This document shows, one piece after another, positions 63,461 to 64,000 of a DNA stretch of 64,000 bases. Origin of the DNA: a virus; IMG/VR virus record IMGVR_UViG_2693429897_000002; one strand, given 5' to 3'. Numbering within the stretch: position 1 is the stretch's first letter; each line of letters starts with the position of its first letter. Both the position numbers and the translations under genes were made by a program. The notes below the pieces were generated by a model. That model searched no databases, was not told the origin of the DNA, and saw only the letters and a list, made by a program, of their open reading frames with translations.

Positions 63461-63699
63461 ACCGGCCGTTGACCCTCGAGGGCTGGCAGGTCTGGGACCT
63501 GGTCGGGCGTCTCGGCGGCCAGCTGCGCGTGCTGCCGGGCGCGGTGATCGGCTGGGACATGAGCGCGGCACTGGCGCTCGGTGACGCTCTCGGATTGCCA
63601 CCCGCCGCCACGGCGGAATTGTTGCCGATCATCGAAGCGGTGATGGTGACCAAGCTCAACGAACATATGGAACATTCCGATGGCGGAAAAACGGGTTAG
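63368..63699 (+). CDS. -1 frame extension of the tail chaperone (gpT-like part of gpGT)
   Basis: After the slip the frame reads KRLRALAEWSFGGGERYCEACPGPCPDCP...LEGWQVWDL to the TAG at 63699. Confidence 0.75.
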
Positions 63700-64000
63700 C
63701 GTCCGCCTCGCGGCGGCCGGCGGCCGGCAGGTCCGCGCCGAGCTGGAGGGTGTCGGCGAGGCCGGCAAGCGCGGCTTCGGACGGCTTGCCCAAGAGATGG
63801 AGGCGGCCAACGCCCGGCTTGCGGGCTTCGCACGGCGGGTGCGGGTGGCCGCTGCCGCCGCCGTCGCGGCCGCCACGGCCGCAGGCGTCGCCATGGTCCG
63901 TTCGGGGCTGCAAACCGTGGATGCGCAGGCCAAGCTGGCGCAATCGCTCGGCACCACCGTTGCCTCGGTCCAGACGCTCGAGCGGGCGGGCAAGTTGGCG
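63680..64000 (+). CDS. Tail tape measure protein (N-terminal part, runs off the window)
   Basis: MAEKRVSVRLAAAGGRQVRAELEGVGEAGKRGF...AAAAAVAAATAAGVAMVRSGL. Confidence 0.85.
   Translation, partial: MAEKRVSVRLAAAGGRQVRAELEGVGEAGKRGFGRLAQEMEAANARLAGFARRVRVAAAAAVAAATAAGVAMVRSGLQTVDAQAKLAQSLGTTVASVQTLERAGKLA

Larger units (their letters stand above)
34975..64000. mobile_element. Lambda-like siphoviral prophage (continues beyond the window; left end may include the hsdM remnant)
   Basis: Integration, replication, methylation, packaging, head and tail modules in canonical order. Confidence 0.93.

Overview
High-GC alphaproteobacterial (Rhodobacteraceae-like) DNA that is almost entirely mobile or accessory. 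(1) 1-5.54 kb: a complete type II-C CRISPR-Cas9 locus (12 repeats of 36 bp, cas2, cas1, 1079-aa cas9, divergent tracrRNA). The size and tracr sequence match my recollection of the characterised DfCas9 of Defluviimonas sp. 20V17; this is unverified. (2) 5.5-17.0 kb: a capsid-less, satellite-like element. It carries a large serine recombinase/DUF2924 cassette, a primase-helicase, an Xis-like HTH, a ParB-methyltransferase, two unrelated small terminase-like genes and a resolvase. Its central switch position holds a two-gene module, an N-terminal-Gly partner plus a QueC-like enzyme fused to a winged-helix domain, flanked by repeated TGACATT boxes. (3) 17.2-21.9 kb: a relic prophage tail block with a HigBA-like TA pair, an IS256, a bactofilin and IS66/IS1111/IS21 scraps. 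(4) 21.9-30.3 kb: a CDP-glucose-derived methyl-branched sugar cluster with two glycosyltransferases. (5) 30.3-34.9 kb: an intact IS66 and remnants of IS630, a coupling protein and hsdM. (6) 35 kb to the window end: a lambda-like siphoviral prophage (LSR cassette, replication module, dual-frame C5 methyltransferase, GpA terminase, portal, protease-capsid fusion, ParDE, tail genes with a -1 frameshift site, start of the tape measure gene). Best novelty candidates: the QueC-wHTH module as a deazaguanylation-linked defence or genetic switch, the satellite carrying Cas9 in its cargo slot, and the fully overlapping two-frame methyltransferase. Family and DUF names come from motif recognition and recall, not from database searches.
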